Source: Eledone cirrhosa (lineage: Eukaryota). From it: DNA of 64,000 nt. The notes below the pieces were generated by a model. The model saw only the letters and a list, made by a program, of their open reading frames with translations. It had not been told where the DNA came from and did no database searches. Position 1 is the stretch's first letter, and the number at the start of each line of letters is the position of its first letter. Positions 26,761 through 41,700 of this stretch are shown here, one piece after another. The stretch spans positions 406,348,001 through 406,412,000 of the forward strand of contig OZ024741.1 of assembly GCA_964016885.1 (NCBI GenBank), read 5' to 3'. A program made the translations under genes and the position numbers.

Positions 26761-29700
26761 CGGTGAACTTAAAGACAGAGGTTGGTGGACAATGGCATGT
26801 AAGGGTATTGAGTTACTGTGAACTTAAAGACAGAGGTTGGTGGACAATGGCATGTAAGGGTATTGAGTTACTGTGAACTTAAAGACAGAGGTTGGTGGAC
26901 AATTGCATGTAAGGGGGATTGAGTTACTGTGAACTTAAAGAGAGAGGTTGGTGGACAATGGCATGTAAGGAGGATTGAGTTACTGTGAACTTAAAGACAG
27001 AGGTTGGTGGACAATGGCATGTAAGGAGGATTGAGTTACTGTGAACTTAAAGACAGAGGTTGGTGGACAATGTAATATTAGGAGGATTGAGTTACTGTGA
27101 ACTTAAAGACAGAGGTTGGTGGACAATGGCATGTAAGGGGGATTGAGTTACTGTGAACTTAAAGACAGAGGTTGGTGGACAATGGCATGTAAGGGGGATT
27201 GAGTTACTGTGAACTTAAAGACAGAGGTTGGTGAACAATGGCATGTAAGGGGGCTTGAGTTACTGTGAACTTAAAGACAGAGGTTGGTGGACAATGGCAT
27301 GTAAGGAGGATTGAGTTACTGTGAACTTAAAGACAGAGGTTGGTGGACAATGGCCTGTAAGGAGGATTGATTTACTGTGAAATTAAAGACAGAGGTTGGT
27401 GGACAATGGCATGTAAGGAGGATTGAGTTACTGTGAACTTAAAGACAGACGTTGGTGGACAATGGCATGTAAGGAGGATTGAGTTACTGTGAACTTAAAG
27501 ACAGAGGTTGGTGGACAATGGCATGTAAGGGGGATTGAGTTACTGTGAACTTAAAGACAGAGGTTGGTGGACAATGGCATGTAAGGGTGATTGAGTTACT
27601 GTGAACTTAAAGACAGAGGTTGGTGGACAATTGCATGTAAGGGGGATTGAGTTACTGTGAACTTAAAGCCAGAGGTTGGTGGACAATTGCATGTAAGGGG
27701 GATTGAGTTACTGTGAACTTAAAGAGAGAGGTTGGTGGACAATTGCATGTAAGGGGGATTGAGTTACTGTGAACTTAAAGACAGAGGTTGGTGGACAATT
27801 GCATGTAAGGGGGATTGAGTTACTGTGAACTTAAAGACAGAGGTTGGTGGACAATTGCATGTAAGGGGGATTGAGTTACTGTGAACTTAAAGACAGAGGT
27901 TGGTGGACAATTGCATGTAAGGGGGATTGAGTTACTGTGAACTTAAAGACAGAGGTTGGTGGACAATTGCATGTAAGGGGGATTGAGTTACTGTGAACTT
28001 AAAGACAGAGGTTGGTGGACAATGGCATGTAAGTGGGATTGAGTTACTGTGAACTTAAATACAGAGTTTGGTGGACAATGGCATGTAAGGGGGATTGAGT
28101 TACTGTGAACTTAAAGACAGAGGTTGGTGGACAATGGCATGTAAGGAGGATTGAGTTACTGTGAACTTAAAGACAGAGGTTGGTGGACAATGGCATATAA
28201 GGGTATTGAGTTACTGTGAACTTAAAGACAGAGGTTGGTGGACAATTGCATGTAAGGTGGATTGAGTTACTGTGAACTTAAAGACAGAGGTTGGTGGACA
28301 ATGGCATGTAAGGGGGATTGAGTTACTGTGAACTTAAAGACAGAGGTTGGTGGACAATGACATGTAAGGAGGATTGAGTTACTGTGAACTTAAAGACAGT
28401 GGTTGGAGGACAAAGGCATGTAAGGAGGATTGAGTTACTGTGAACTTAAAGACAAAGGTTGGTGGACAATGGCATGTAAGGGGGATTGAGTTACTGTGAA
28501 CTTAAATACAGAGTTTGGTGGACAATGGCATGTAAGGGGGATTGAGTTACTGTGAACTTAAAGACAGAGGTTGGTGGACAATGGCATGTAAGGAGGATTG
28601 AGTTACTGTGAACTTAAAGACAGAGGTTGGTGGACAATGGCATATTAGGAGGATTGAGTTACTGTGAACTTAAAGACAGAGGTTGGTGGACAATGGCATG
28701 TAAGGGGGATTGAGTTACTGTGAACTTAAAGACAGAGGTTGGTGGACAATGGCATGTAAGGGGGATTGAGTTACTGTGAACTTAAAGACAGAGGTTGGTG
28801 AACAATGGCATGTAAGGGGGCTTGAGTTACTGTGAACTTAAAGACAGAGGTTGGTGGACAATGGCATGTAAGGAGGATTGAGTTACTGTGAACTTAAAGA
28901 CAGAGGTTGGTGGACAATGGCCTGTAAGGAGGATTGAGTTACTGTGAACTTAAAGACAGAGGTTGGTGGACAATGTCATGTAAGGAGGATTGAGTTACTG
29001 TGAACTTAAAGACAGACGTTGGTGGACAATGGCATGTAAGGAGGATTGAGTTACTGTGAACTTAAAGACAGAGGTTGGTGGACAATGGCATGTAAGGAGG
29101 ATTGAGTTACTGTGAACTTAAAGACAGAGGTTGGTGGACGATGGCATGTAAGGAGGATTGAGTTACTGTGAACTTAAAGACAGTGGTTGGTGGACAATGG
29201 CATGTAAGGAGGATTGAGTTACTGTGAACTTAAAGACAGTGGTTGGTGGACAATGGCATGTAAGGAGGATTGAGTTACTGTGAACTTAAAGACAGAGGTT
29301 GGTGGACAATGGCATGTAAGGGGGATTGAGTTACTGTGAACTTAAAGACAGAGGTTGGTGGACAATGGCATGTAAGTGGGATTGAGTTACTGTGAACTTA
29401 AATACAGAGTTTGGTGGACAATGGCATGTAAGGGGGATTGAGTTACTGTGAACTTAAAGACAGAGATTGGTGGACAATGGCATGTAAGGAGGATTGAGTT
29501 ACGGTGAACTTAAAGACAGAGGTTGGTGGACAATGGCATGTAAGGGTATTGAGTTACTGTGAACTTAAAGACAGAGGTTGGTGGACAATGGCATGTAAGG
29601 GTATTGAGTTACTGTGAACTTAAAGACAGAGGTTGGTGGACAATTGCATGTAAGGGGGATTGAGTTACTGTGAACTTAAAGAGAGAGGTTGGTGGACAAT

Positions 29701-30260
29701 GGCATGTAAGGAGGATTGAGTTACTGTGAACTTAAAGACAGAGGTTGGTGGACAATGGCATGTAAGGAGGATTGAGTTACTGTGAACTTAAAGACAGAGG
29801 TTGGTGGACAATGTAATATTAGGAGGATTGAGTTACTGTGAACTTAAAGACAGAGGTTGGTGGACAATGGCATGTAAGGGGGATTGAGTTACTGTGAACT
29901 TAAAGACAGAGGTTGGTGGACAATGGCATGTAAGGGGGATTGAGTTACTGTGAACTTAAAGACAGAGGTTGGTGAACAATGGCATGTAAGGGGGCTTGAG
30001 TTACTGTGAACTTAAAGACAGAGGTTGGTGGACAATGGCATGTAAGGAGGATTGAGTTACTGTGAACTTAAAGACAGAGGTTGGTGGACAATGGCCTGTA
30101 AGGAGGATTGATTTACTGTGAAATTAAAGACAGAGGTTGGTGGACAATGGCATGTAAGGAGGATTGAGTTACTGTGAACTTAAAGACAGACGTTGGTGGA
30201 CAATGGCATGTAAGGAGGATTGAGTTACTGTGAACTTAAAGACAGAGGTTGGTGGACAAT
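24770..30260 (+). repeat. Tandem duplication, 49-monomer period (2741 bp)
   Basis: GGAGGACAAAGG is at 25664 and 28405. The TTT of GATTGATTTACTGTGAAATT is at 27371 and 30112. Offset 2741 = 49x56-3. Confidence 0.9.
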
Positions 30261-31099
30261 GGCATGTAAGGAGGATTGAGTTACTGTGAACTTAAAGACA
30301 GAGGTTGGTGGACGATGGCATGTAAGGAGGATTGAGTTACTGTGAACTTAAAGACAGTGGTTGGTGGACAATGGCATGTAAGGAGGATTGAGTTACTGTG
30401 AACTTAAAGACAGTGGTTGGTGGACAATGGCATGTAAGGAGGATTGAGTTACTGTAAACTTAAAGACATAGGTTGGTGGACAATGGCATGTAAGGAGGAT
30501 TGAGTTACTGTGAACTTAAAGACAGAGGTTGGTGGACAATTGCATGTAAGGGGGATTGAGTTACTGTGAACTTAAAGAGAGAGGTTGGTGGACAATTGCA
30601 TGTAAGGGGGATTGAGTTACTGTGAACTTAAATACAGAGTTTGGTGGACAATGGCATGTAAGGGGGATTGAGTTACTGTGAACTTAAAGACAGAGGTTGG
30701 TGGACAATGGCATGTAAGGAGGATTGAGTTACTGTGAACTTAAAGACAGAGGTTGGTGGACAATGGCATATAAGGGTATTGAGTTACTGTGAACTTAAAG
30801 ACAGAGGTTGGTGGACAATTGCATGTAAGGTGGATTGAGTTACTGTGAACTTAAAGACAGAGGTTGGTGGACAATGGCATGTAAGGGAGATTGAGTTACT
30901 GTGAACTTAAAGACAGAGGTTGGTGGACAATGGCATGTAAGTAGGATTGAGTTACTGTGAACTTAAAGACAGAGGTTGGTGGACAATGGCATGTAAGTAG
31001 GATTGAGTTACTGTGAACTTAAACACAGAGGTTGGTGGACAATAGCATGTAAGGGGGATTGAGTTACTGTCAACTTAAAGACAGAGGTTGGTGGACAAT

Positions 31100-34000
31100 G
31101 GCATGTAAGGGTGATTGAGTTACTGTGAACTTAAAGACAGAGGTTGGTGGACAATTGCATGTAAGGGGGATTGAGTTACTGTGAACTTAAAGACAGAGGT
31201 TGGTGGACAATGGCATGTAAGGGGGATTGAGTTACTGTGAACTTAAAGACAGAGGTTGGTGGACAATGGCATGTAAGGGTGATTGAGTTACTGTGAACTT
31301 AAAGACAGAGGTTGGTGGACAATTGCATGTAAGGGGGATTGAGTTACTGTGAACTTAAAGCCAGAGGTTGGTGGACAATTGCATGTAAGGGGGATTGAGT
31401 TACTGTGAACTTAAAGAGAGAGGTTGGTGGACAATTGCATGTAAGGGGGATTGAGTTACTGTGAACTTAAAGACAGAGGTTGGTGGACAATTGCATGTAA
31501 GGAGGATTGAGTTACTGTGAACTTAAAGACAGAGGTTGGTGGACAATTGCATGTAAGGGGGATTGAGTTACTGTGAACTTAAAGACAGAGGTTGGTGGAC
31601 AATTGCATGTAAGGGGGATTGAGTTACTGTGAACTTAAAGACAGAGGTTGGTGGACAATTGCATGTAAGGGGGATTGAGTTACTGTGAACTTAAATACAG
31701 AGGTTGGTGGACAATGGCATGTAAGTGGGATTGTGTTACTGTGAACTTAAATACAGAGTTTGGTGGACAATGACATGTAAGGAGGATTGAGTTACTGTGA
31801 ACTTAAAGACAGAGGTTGGTGGACAGTGGCATGTAAGGGGGATTGAGTTACTGTGAACTTAAAGAAAGAGGTTGGTGGACAATGGCATGTAAGGAGGATT
31901 GAGTTACTGTGAACTTAAATACAGAGTTTGGTGGACAATGGCATGTAAGGAGGATTGAGTTACTCTGAACTTAAAGACAGAGGTTGGTGGTCAATGGCAT
32001 GTAAGGAGGATTGAGTTACTGTGAACTTAAAGACAGAGGTTGGTGGACAATGGCATGTAACGGGGATTGAGTTACTGTGAACTTAAAGACAGAGGTTGGT
32101 GGACAATGGCATGTAAGGGGGATTGGGTTACTGTGAACTTAAAGACAGAGGTTGGTGGACAATGGCATGTAAGGGGGATTGAGTTACTGTGAACTTAAAG
32201 ACGGAGGTTGGTGGACAATGGCATGTAAGGAGGATTGAGTTACTGTGAACTTAAAGACAGAGTTTGGTGGACAATGGCATGTAAGGAGGAATGAGTTACT
32301 GTGAACATAAAGACAGAGGTTGGTGGACAATGGCATGTAAGGAGGATTGAGTTACTGTGAACTTAAAGACAGAGGTTCGTGGACAATGGCATATAAGGGG
32401 GATTGGGTTACTGTGAACTTAAAGACAGAGGTTGGTGGACAATGGCATGTAAGGGGGATTGTGTTACTGTGAACTTAAAGACAGAGGATGGTGGACAATG
32501 GCATGTAAGGAGGATTGAGTTACTGTGAACTTAAAGACAGAGGTTGGTGGACAATGGCATATAAGGGGGATTGGGTTACTGTAAAATTAAAGACAGAGGT
32601 TGGTGGACAATGGCATGTAAGGGGGATTGAGTTACTGTGAACTTAAAGACAGAGGTTGGTGGACAATGGCATGTAAGGAGGATTGAGTTACTGTGAACTT
32701 AAAGACAGAGGTTGGTGGACAATGGCATGTAAGGAGGATTGAGTTACTGTGAACTTAAAGACAGAGTTTGGTGGACAATGGCATGTAAGGAGGATTGAGT
32801 TACTGTGAACTTAAAGACAGAGGTTGGTGGACAATGGCATGTAAGGGGGATTGAGTTACTGTGAACTTAAAGACAGAGGTTGGTGGACAATGGCATGTAA
32901 GGAGGATTGAGTTACTGTGAACTTAAAGACAGAGGTTGGTGGACAATTGCATGTAAGGGGGATTGAGTTACTGTGAACTTAAAGAGAGAGGTTGGTGGAC
33001 AATGGCATGTAAGGAGGATTGAGTTACTGTGAACTTAAAGACAGAGGTTGGTGGAGAATGGCATGTAAGGAGGATTGAGTTACTGTGAACTTAAAGACAG
33101 AGGTTGGTGGACAATGGCATATTAGGAGGATTGAGTTACTGTGAACTTAAAGACAGAGGTTGGTGGACAATGGCATGTAAGGGGGATTGAGTTACTGTGA
33201 ACTTAAAGACAGAGGTTGGTGGACAATGGCATATAAGGGTATTGAGTTACTGTGAACTTAAAGACAGAGGTTGGTGGACAATTGCATGTAAGGTGGATTG
33301 AGTTACTGTGAACGTAAAGACAGAGGTTGGTGGACAATGGCATGTAAGGGGGATTGAGTTACTGTGAACTTAAAGACAGAGGTTGGTGGACAATGACATG
33401 TAAGGAGGATTGAGTTACTGTGAACTTAAAGACAGTGGTTGGTGGACAAAGGCATGTAAGGAGGATTGAGTTACTGTGAACTTAAAGACAAAGGTTGGTG
33501 GACAATGGCATGTAAGGAGGATTGAGTTACTGTGAACTTAAAGACAGTGGTTGGTGGACAAAGGCATGTAAGGAGGATTGAGTTACTGTGAACTTAAAGA
33601 CAAAGGTTGGTGGACAATGGCATGTAAGGGGGATTGAGTTACTGTGAACTTAAATACAGAGTTTGGTGGACAATGGCATGTAAGGGGGATTGAGTTACTG
33701 TGAACTTAAAGACAGAGGTTGGTGGACAATGGCATGTAAGGAGGATTGAGTTACTGTGAACTTAAAGACAGACGTTGGTGGACAATGGCATGTAAGGAGG
33801 ATTGAGTTACTGTGAACTTAAAGACAGAGGTTGGTAGACAATGGCATGTAAGGAGGATTGAGTTACTGTGAACTTAAAGACAGAGGTTGGTGGACGATGG
33901 CATGTAAGGAGGATTGAGTTACTGTGAACTTAAAGACAGTGGTTGGTGGACAATGGCAGGTAAGGAGGATTGAGTTACTGTGAACTTAAAGACAGTGGTT

Positions 34001-37000
34001 GGTGGACAATGGCAGGTAAGGAGGATTGAGTTACTGTGAACTTAAAGACAGTGGTTGGTGGACAATGGCATGTAAGGAGGATTGAGTTACTGTGAACTTA
34101 AAGACAGAGGTTGGTGGACAATGGCATGTAAGGGGGATTGAGTTACTGTGAACTTAAAGACAGAGGTTGGTGGACAATGGCATGTAAGTGGGATTGAGTT
34201 ACTGTGAACTTAAATACAGAGTTTGGTGGACAATGGCATGTAAGGGGGATTGAGTTACTGTGAACTTAAAGACAGAGATTGGTGGACAATGGCATGTAAG
34301 GAGGATTGAGTTACTGTGAACTTAAAGACAGAGGTTGGTGGACAATGGCATATAAGGGTATTGAGTTACTGTGAACTTAAAGACAGAGGTTGGTGGACAA
34401 TTGCATGTAAGGTGGATTGAGTTACTGTGAACGTAAAGACAGAGGTTGGTGGACAATGGCATGTAAGGGGGATTGAGTTACTGTGAACTTAAAGACAGAG
34501 GTTGGTGGACAATGACATGTAAGGAGGATTGAGTTACTGTGAACTTAAAGACAGTGGTTGGTGGACAAAGGCATGTAAGGAGGATTGAGTTACTGTGAAC
34601 TTAAAGACAAAGGTTGGTGGACAATGGCATGTAAGGGGGATTGAGTTACTGTGAACTTAAATACAGAGTTTGGTGGACAATGGCATGTAAGGGGGATTGA
34701 GTTACTGTGAACTTAAAGACAGAGGTTGGTGGACAATGGCATGTAAGGAGGATTGAGTTACTGTGAACTTAAAGACAGAGGTTGGTGGACAATGGCATGT
34801 AAGGAGGATTGAGTTACTGTGAACTTCAAGACAGAGGTTGGTGGACAATGGCATGTAAGGGTATTGAGTTACTGTGAACTTAAAGACAGAGGTTGGTGGA
34901 CAATTGCATGTAAGGGGGATTGAGTTACTGTGAACTTAAAGAGAGAGGTTGGTGGACAATGGCATGTAAGGAGGATTGAGTTACTGTGAACTTAAAGACA
35001 GAGGTTGGTGGACAATGGCATGTAAGGAGGATTGAGTTACTGTGAACTTAAAGACAGAGGTTGGTGGACAATGGCATATTAGGAGGATTGAGTTACTGTG
35101 AACTTAAAGACAGAGGTTGGTGGACAATGGCATGTAAGGGGGATTGAGTTACTGTGAACTTAAAGACAGAGGTTGGTGGACAATGGCATGTAAGGGGTAT
35201 TGAGTTACTGTGAACTTAAAGACAGAGGTTGGTGAACAATGGCATGTAAGGGGGCTTGAGTTACTGTGAACTTAAAGACAGAGGTTGGTGGACAATGGCA
35301 TGTAAGGAGGATTGAGTTACTGTGAACTTAAAGACAGAGGTTGGTGGACAATGGCCTGTAAGGAGGATTGAGTTACTGTGAAATTAAAGACAGAGGTTGG
35401 TGGACAATGGCATGTAAGGAGGATTGAGTTACTGTGAACTTAAAGACAGACGTTGGTGGACAATGGCATGTAAGGAGGATTGAGTTACTGTGAACTTAAA
35501 GACAGAGGTTGGTGGACAATGGCATGTAAGGAGGATTGAGTTACTGTGAACTTAAAGACAGAGGTTGGTGGACGATGGCATGTAAGGAGGATTGAGTTAC
35601 TGTGAACTTAAAGACAGTGGTTGGTGGACAATGGCATGTAAGGAGGATTGAGTTACTGTGAACTTAAAGACAGTGGTTGGTGGACAATGGCATGTAAGGA
35701 GGATTGAGTTACTGTGAACTTAAAGACATAGGTTGGTGGACAATGGCATGTAAGGGGGATTGAGTTACTGTGAACTTAAAGACAGTGGTTGGTGGACAAT
35801 GGCATGTAAGGAGGATTGAGTTACTGTAAACTTAAAGACAGAGGTTGGTGGACAATGGCATGTAAGGAGGATTGAGTTACTGTGAACTTAAAGACAGAGG
35901 TTGGTGGACAATTGCATGTAAGGGGGATTGAGTTACTGTGAACTTAAAGAGAGAGGTTGGTGGACAATTGCATGTAAGGGGGATTGAGTTACTGTGAACT
36001 TAAAGACAGAGGTTGGTGGACAATTGCATGTAAGGGGGATTGAGTTACTGTGAACTTAAAGACAGAGGTTGGTGGACAATTGCATGTAAGGGGGATTGAG
36101 TTACTTTGAACTTAAAGACAGAGGTTGGTGGACAATTGCATGTAAGGGGGATTAAGTTACTGTGAACTTAAAGACAGAGGTTGGTGGACAATTGCATGTA
36201 AGGGGGATTGAGTTACTGTGAACTTGAAGACAGAGGTTGGTGGACAATGGCATGTAAGTGGGATTGAGTTACTGTGAACTTAAATACAGAGTTTGGTGGA
36301 CAATGGCATGTAAGGGGGATTGAGTTACTGTGAACTTAAAGACAGAGGTTGGTGGACAATGGCATGTAAGGAGGATTGAGTTACTGTGAACTTAAAGACA
36401 GAGGTTGGTGGACAATGGCATATAAGGGTATTGAGTTACTGTGAACTTAAAGACAGAGGTTGGTGGACAATTGCATGTAAGGTGGATTGAGTTACTGTGA
36501 ACTTAAAGACAGAGGTTGGTGGACAATGGCATGTAAGGGGGATTGAGTTACTGTGAACTTAAAGACAGAGGTTGGTGGACAATGGCATGTAAGTAGGATT
36601 GAGTTACTGTGAACTTAAAGACAGAGGTTGGTGGACAATGGCATGTAAGTAGGATTGAGTTACTGTGAACTTAAACACAGAGGTTGGTGGACAATGGCAT
36701 GTAAGGGGGATTGAGTTACTGTGAACTTAAAGACAGAGGTTGGTGGACAATGGCATGTAAGGGGGATTGAGTTGCTGTGAACTTAAAGACAGAGGTTGGT
36801 GGACAATTGCATGTAAGGGGGATTGAGTTACTGTGAACTTAAAGACAGAGGTTGGTGGACAATGGCGTGTAAGGGGGATTGAGTTACTGTGAACTTAAAG
36901 ACAGAGGTTGGTGGACAATGGCATGTAAGGGTGATTGAGTTACTGTGAACTTAAAGACAGAGGTTGGTGGACAATTGCATGTAAGGGGGATTGAGTTACT

Positions 37001-38570
37001 GTGAACTTAAAGCCAGAGGTTGGTGGACAATTGTATGTAAGGGGGATTGAGTTACTGTGAACTTAAAGAGAGAGGTTGGTGGACAATTGCATGTAAGGGG
37101 GATTGAGTTACTGTGAACTTAAAGACAGAGGTTGGTGGACAATTGCATGTAAGGAGGATTGAGTTACTGTGAACTTAAAGACAGAGGTTGGTGGACAATT
37201 GCATGTAAGGGGGATTGAGTTACTGTGAACTTAAAGACAGAGGTTGGTGGACAATTGCATGTAAGGGGGATTGAGTTACTGTGAACTTAAAGACAGAGGT
37301 TGGTGGACAATTGCATGTAAGGGGGATTGAGTTACTGTGAACTTAAAGACAGAGGTTGGTGGACAATGGCATGTAAGTGGGATTGAGTTACTGTGAACTT
37401 AAATACAGAGTTTGGTGGACAATGACATGTAAGGAGGATTGAGTTACTGTGAACTTAAAGACAGAGGTTGGTGGACAGTGGCATGTAAGGGGGATTGAGT
37501 TACTGTGAACTTAAAGAAAGAGGTTGGTGGACAATGGCATGTAAGGAGGATTGAGTTACTGTGAACTTAAATACAGAGTTTGGTGGACAATGGCATGTAA
37601 GGAGGATTGAGTTACTCTGAACTTAAAGACAGAGGTTGGTGGTCAATGGCATGTAAGGAGGATTGAGTTACTGTGAACTTAAAGACAGAGGTTGGTGGAC
37701 AATGGCATGTAAGGGGGATTGAGTTACTGTGAACTTAAAGACAGAGGTTGGTGGACAATGGCATGTAAGGGGGATTGGGTTACTGTGAACTTAAAGACAG
37801 AGGTTGGTGGACAATGGCATGTAAGGGGGATTGAGTTACTGTGAACTTAAAGACAAAGGTTGGTGGACAATGGCATGTAAGGAGGATTGAGTTACTGTGA
37901 ACTTAAAGACAGAGTTTGGTGGACAATGGCATGTAAGGAGGAATGAGTTACTGTGAACATAAAGACAGAGGTTGGTGGACAATGGCATGTAAGGAGGATT
38001 GAGTTACTGTGAACTTAAAGACAGAGGTTCGTGGACAATGGCATATAAGGGGGATTGGGTTACTGTGAACTTAAAGACAGAGGTTGGTGGACAATGGCAT
38101 GTAAGGGGGATTGTGTTACTGTGAACTTAAAGACAGAGGTTGGTGGACAATGGCATGTAAGGAGGATTGAGTTACTGTGAACTTAAAGACAGAGGTTGGT
38201 GGACAATGGCATATAAGGGGGATTGGGTTACTGTAAAATTAAAGACAGAGGTTGGTGGACAATGGCATGTAAGGGGGATTGAGTTACTGTGAACTTAAAG
38301 ACAGAGGTTGGTGGACAATGGCATGTAAGGAGGATTGAGTTACTGTGAACTTAAAGACAGAGGTTGGTGGACAATGGCATGTAAGGAGGATTGAGTTACT
38401 GTGAACTTAAAGACAGAGTTTGGTGGACAATGGCATGTAAGGAGGATTGAGTTACTGTGAACTTAAAGACAGAGGTTGGTGGACAATGGCATGTAAGGGG
38501 GATTGAGTTACTGTGAACTTAAAGACAGAGGTTGGTGGACAATGGCATGTAAGGAGGATTGAGTTACTGT
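31100..38570 (+). repeat. Spaced duplication of a ~1.7 kb block (31.1-32.9 kb and 36.8-38.6 kb), 101-monomer offset (5652 bp)
   Basis: The TCAAT of GGTCAAT is at 31991 and 37643. The C of GGTTCGTGG is at 32378 and 38030. Offset 5652 = 101x56-4. The copies differ by several private substitutions. Confidence 0.85.
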
Positions 38571-38719
38571 GAACTTAAATACAGAGGTTGGTGGACAATG
38601 GCATGTAAGGAGGATTGAGTTACTGTGAACTTAAAGACAGAGGTTGGTGGACAATGACATGTAAGGAGGATTGAGTTACTGTGAACTTAAAGACAGAGGT
38701 TGCTGGACAATGACATGTA

Positions 38720-41700
38720 AGGAGGATTGAGTTACTGTGAACTTAAAGACAGGGGTTGGTGGACAATGGCATGTAAGGAGGATTGAGTTACTGTGAACTT
38801 AAAGACAGAGGTTGGTGGACAATGGCATGTAAGGAGGATTGAGTTACTGTGAACTTAAAGACAGAGGTTGGTGGACAATGGCATGTAAGGGGGATTGAGT
38901 TACTGTGAACTTAAAGACAGAGGTTGGTGGACAATGGCATGTGAGGAGGATTGAGTTACTGTGAACTTAAAGACAGAGGTTGGTGGACAATGGCATGTAA
39001 GGAGGATTGAGTTACTGTGAACTTAAAGACAGAGGTTGGTGGACAATGGCATGTAAGGAGGATTGAGTTACTGTGAACTTAAAGACAGAGGTTGGTGGAC
39101 AATGGCATGTAAGGAGGATTGAGTTACTGTGAACTTAAAGACAGAGGTTGGTGGACAATGGCATGTAAGGAGGATTGAGTTACTGTGAACTTAAAGACAG
39201 TGTTTGGTGGACAATGGCATGTAAGGAGGATTGAGTTACTGTGAACTTAAATACAGAGTTTGGTGGACAATGGCATGTAAGGAGGATTGAGTTACTGTGA
39301 ACTTAAATACAGAGTTTGGTGGACAATGACATGTAAGGAGGATTGAGTTACTGTGAACTTAAAGACAGAGGTTGGTGGACAATGGCATGTAAGGGGGATT
39401 GAGTTACTGTGAACTTAAAGACAGAGGTTGGTGGACAGTGGCATGTAAGGGGGATTGAGTTACTGTGAACTTAAAGAAAGAGGTTGGTGGACAATGGCAT
39501 GTAAGGAGGATTGAGTTACTGTGAACTTAAATACAGAGTTTGGTGGACAATGGCATGTAAGGAGGATTGAGTTACTCTGAACTTAAAGACAGAGATTGGT
39601 GGACAATGGCATGTAAGGAGGATTGAGTTACTGTGAACTTAAAGACAGAGGTTGGTGGACAATGGCATGTAAGGGGGATTGAGTTACTGTGAACTTAAAG
39701 ACAGAGGTTGGTGGACAATGGCATGTAAGGGGGATTGAGTTACTGTGAACTTTAAGACAGAGGTTGGTGGACAATGGCATGTAAGGAGGATTGAGTTACT
39801 GTGAACTTAAAGACAGAGGTTGGTGGACAATGACATGTAAGGAGGAGTGAGTTACTGTGAACTTAGAGACAGAGGTTGGTGGACAATGGCATGTAAGGAG
39901 GATTGAGTTACTGTGAACTTAAAGACAGAGATTGGGGGACAATGGCATGTAAGGAGGAGTGAGTTACTGTGAAGTTAAAGACAGAGGTTGGTGGACAATG
40001 GTATGTATGGAGGATTGAGTTACTGTGAACTTAAAGACAGAGGTTGGTTGACAATGGCATGTAAGGAGGATTGAGTTACTGTGAACTTAAAGACAGAGGT
40101 TGGTGGACAATGGCATGTAAGGAGGATTGAGTTACTGTGAACATAAATACAGAGGTTGGTGGACAATGATATGTAAGGAGGATTGAATTACTGTGAAATT
40201 AAAGACAGTGGTTGGTGGACAATGGCATGTAAGGAGGATTGAGTTACTGTGAACTTAAAGAAAGGGGTTGGTGGACAATTGCATGTAAGGGGGATTGAGT
40301 TACTGTGAATTTAAAGACAGAGGTTGGTGGACAATATACATGTAAGTGGGATTGAGTTACTGTTAACTTAAAGACAGAGTTTGTTGGACAATGGTATGTA
40401 AGGAGGATTGAGTTACTGTGAACTTAAAGACAGAGGTTGGTGGACAATGACATGTAAGGAGGATTGAGTTACTGTGAACTTAAAGACAGAGGTTGGTGGA
40501 CAATGGCATGTAAGGAGGATTGAGTTACTTTAACATAAAGACAGAGGTTGGTGGACAATGGCATGTAAGGGGGATTGAGTTACTGTGAACTTAAAGACAG
40601 AGGTTGGTGGACAATGGCATGTAAGGGGGATTGAGTTACTGTGAACTTAAAGACAGAGGTTGGTGGACAATGGCATGTAAGGGGGATTGAGTTACTGTGA
40701 ACTTAAAGACAGAGGTTGGTGGACAATGGCATGTAAGGAGGATTGAGTTACTGTGAACTTAAAGACAGAGGTTGGTGGACAATGACATGTAAGGAGGAGT
40801 GAGTTACTGTGAACTTAGAGACAGAGGTTGGTGGACAATGGCATGTAAGGAGGATTGAGTTACTGTGAACTTAAAGACAGAGATTGGGGGACAATGGCAT
40901 GTAAGGAGGAGTGAGTTACAGTGAAGTTAAAGACAGAGGTTGGTGGACAATGGTATGTATGGAGGATTGAGTTACTGTGAACTTAAAGACAGAGGTTGGT
41001 TGACAATGGCATGTAAGGAGGATTGAGTTACTGTGAACTTAAAGACAGAGGTTGGTGGACAATGGCATGTAAGGAGGATTGAGTTACTGTGAACATAAAT
41101 ACAGAGGTTGGTGGACAATGATATGTAAGGAGGATTGAATTACTGTGAAATTAAAGACAGTGGTTGGTGGACAATGGCATGTAAGGAGGATTGAGTTACT
41201 GTGAACTTAAAGAAAGGGGTTGGTGGACAATTGCATGTAAGGGGGATTGAGTTACTGTGAATTTAAAGACAGAGGTTGGTGGACAATATACATGTAAGTG
41301 GGATTGAGTTACTGTTAACTTAAAGACAGAGTTTGTTGGACAATGGTATGTAAGGAGGATTGAGTTACTGTGAACTTAAAGACAGAGGTTGGTGGACAAT
41401 GACATGTAAGGAGGATTGAGTTACTGTGAACTTAAAGACAGAGGTTGGTGGACAATGGCATGTAAGGAGGATTGAGTTACTTTAACATAAAGACAGAGGT
41501 TGGTGGACAATGGCATGTAAGGGGGATTGAGTTACTGTGAACTTAAAGACAGAGGTTGGTGGACAATGGCATGTAAGGAGGATTGAGTTACTGTGAACTT
41601 AAATACAGAGTTTGGTGGACAATGGCATGTTAGGAGGATTGAGTTACTCTGAACTTAAAGACAGAGGTTGGTGGACAATGGCATGTAAGGAGGATTGAGT

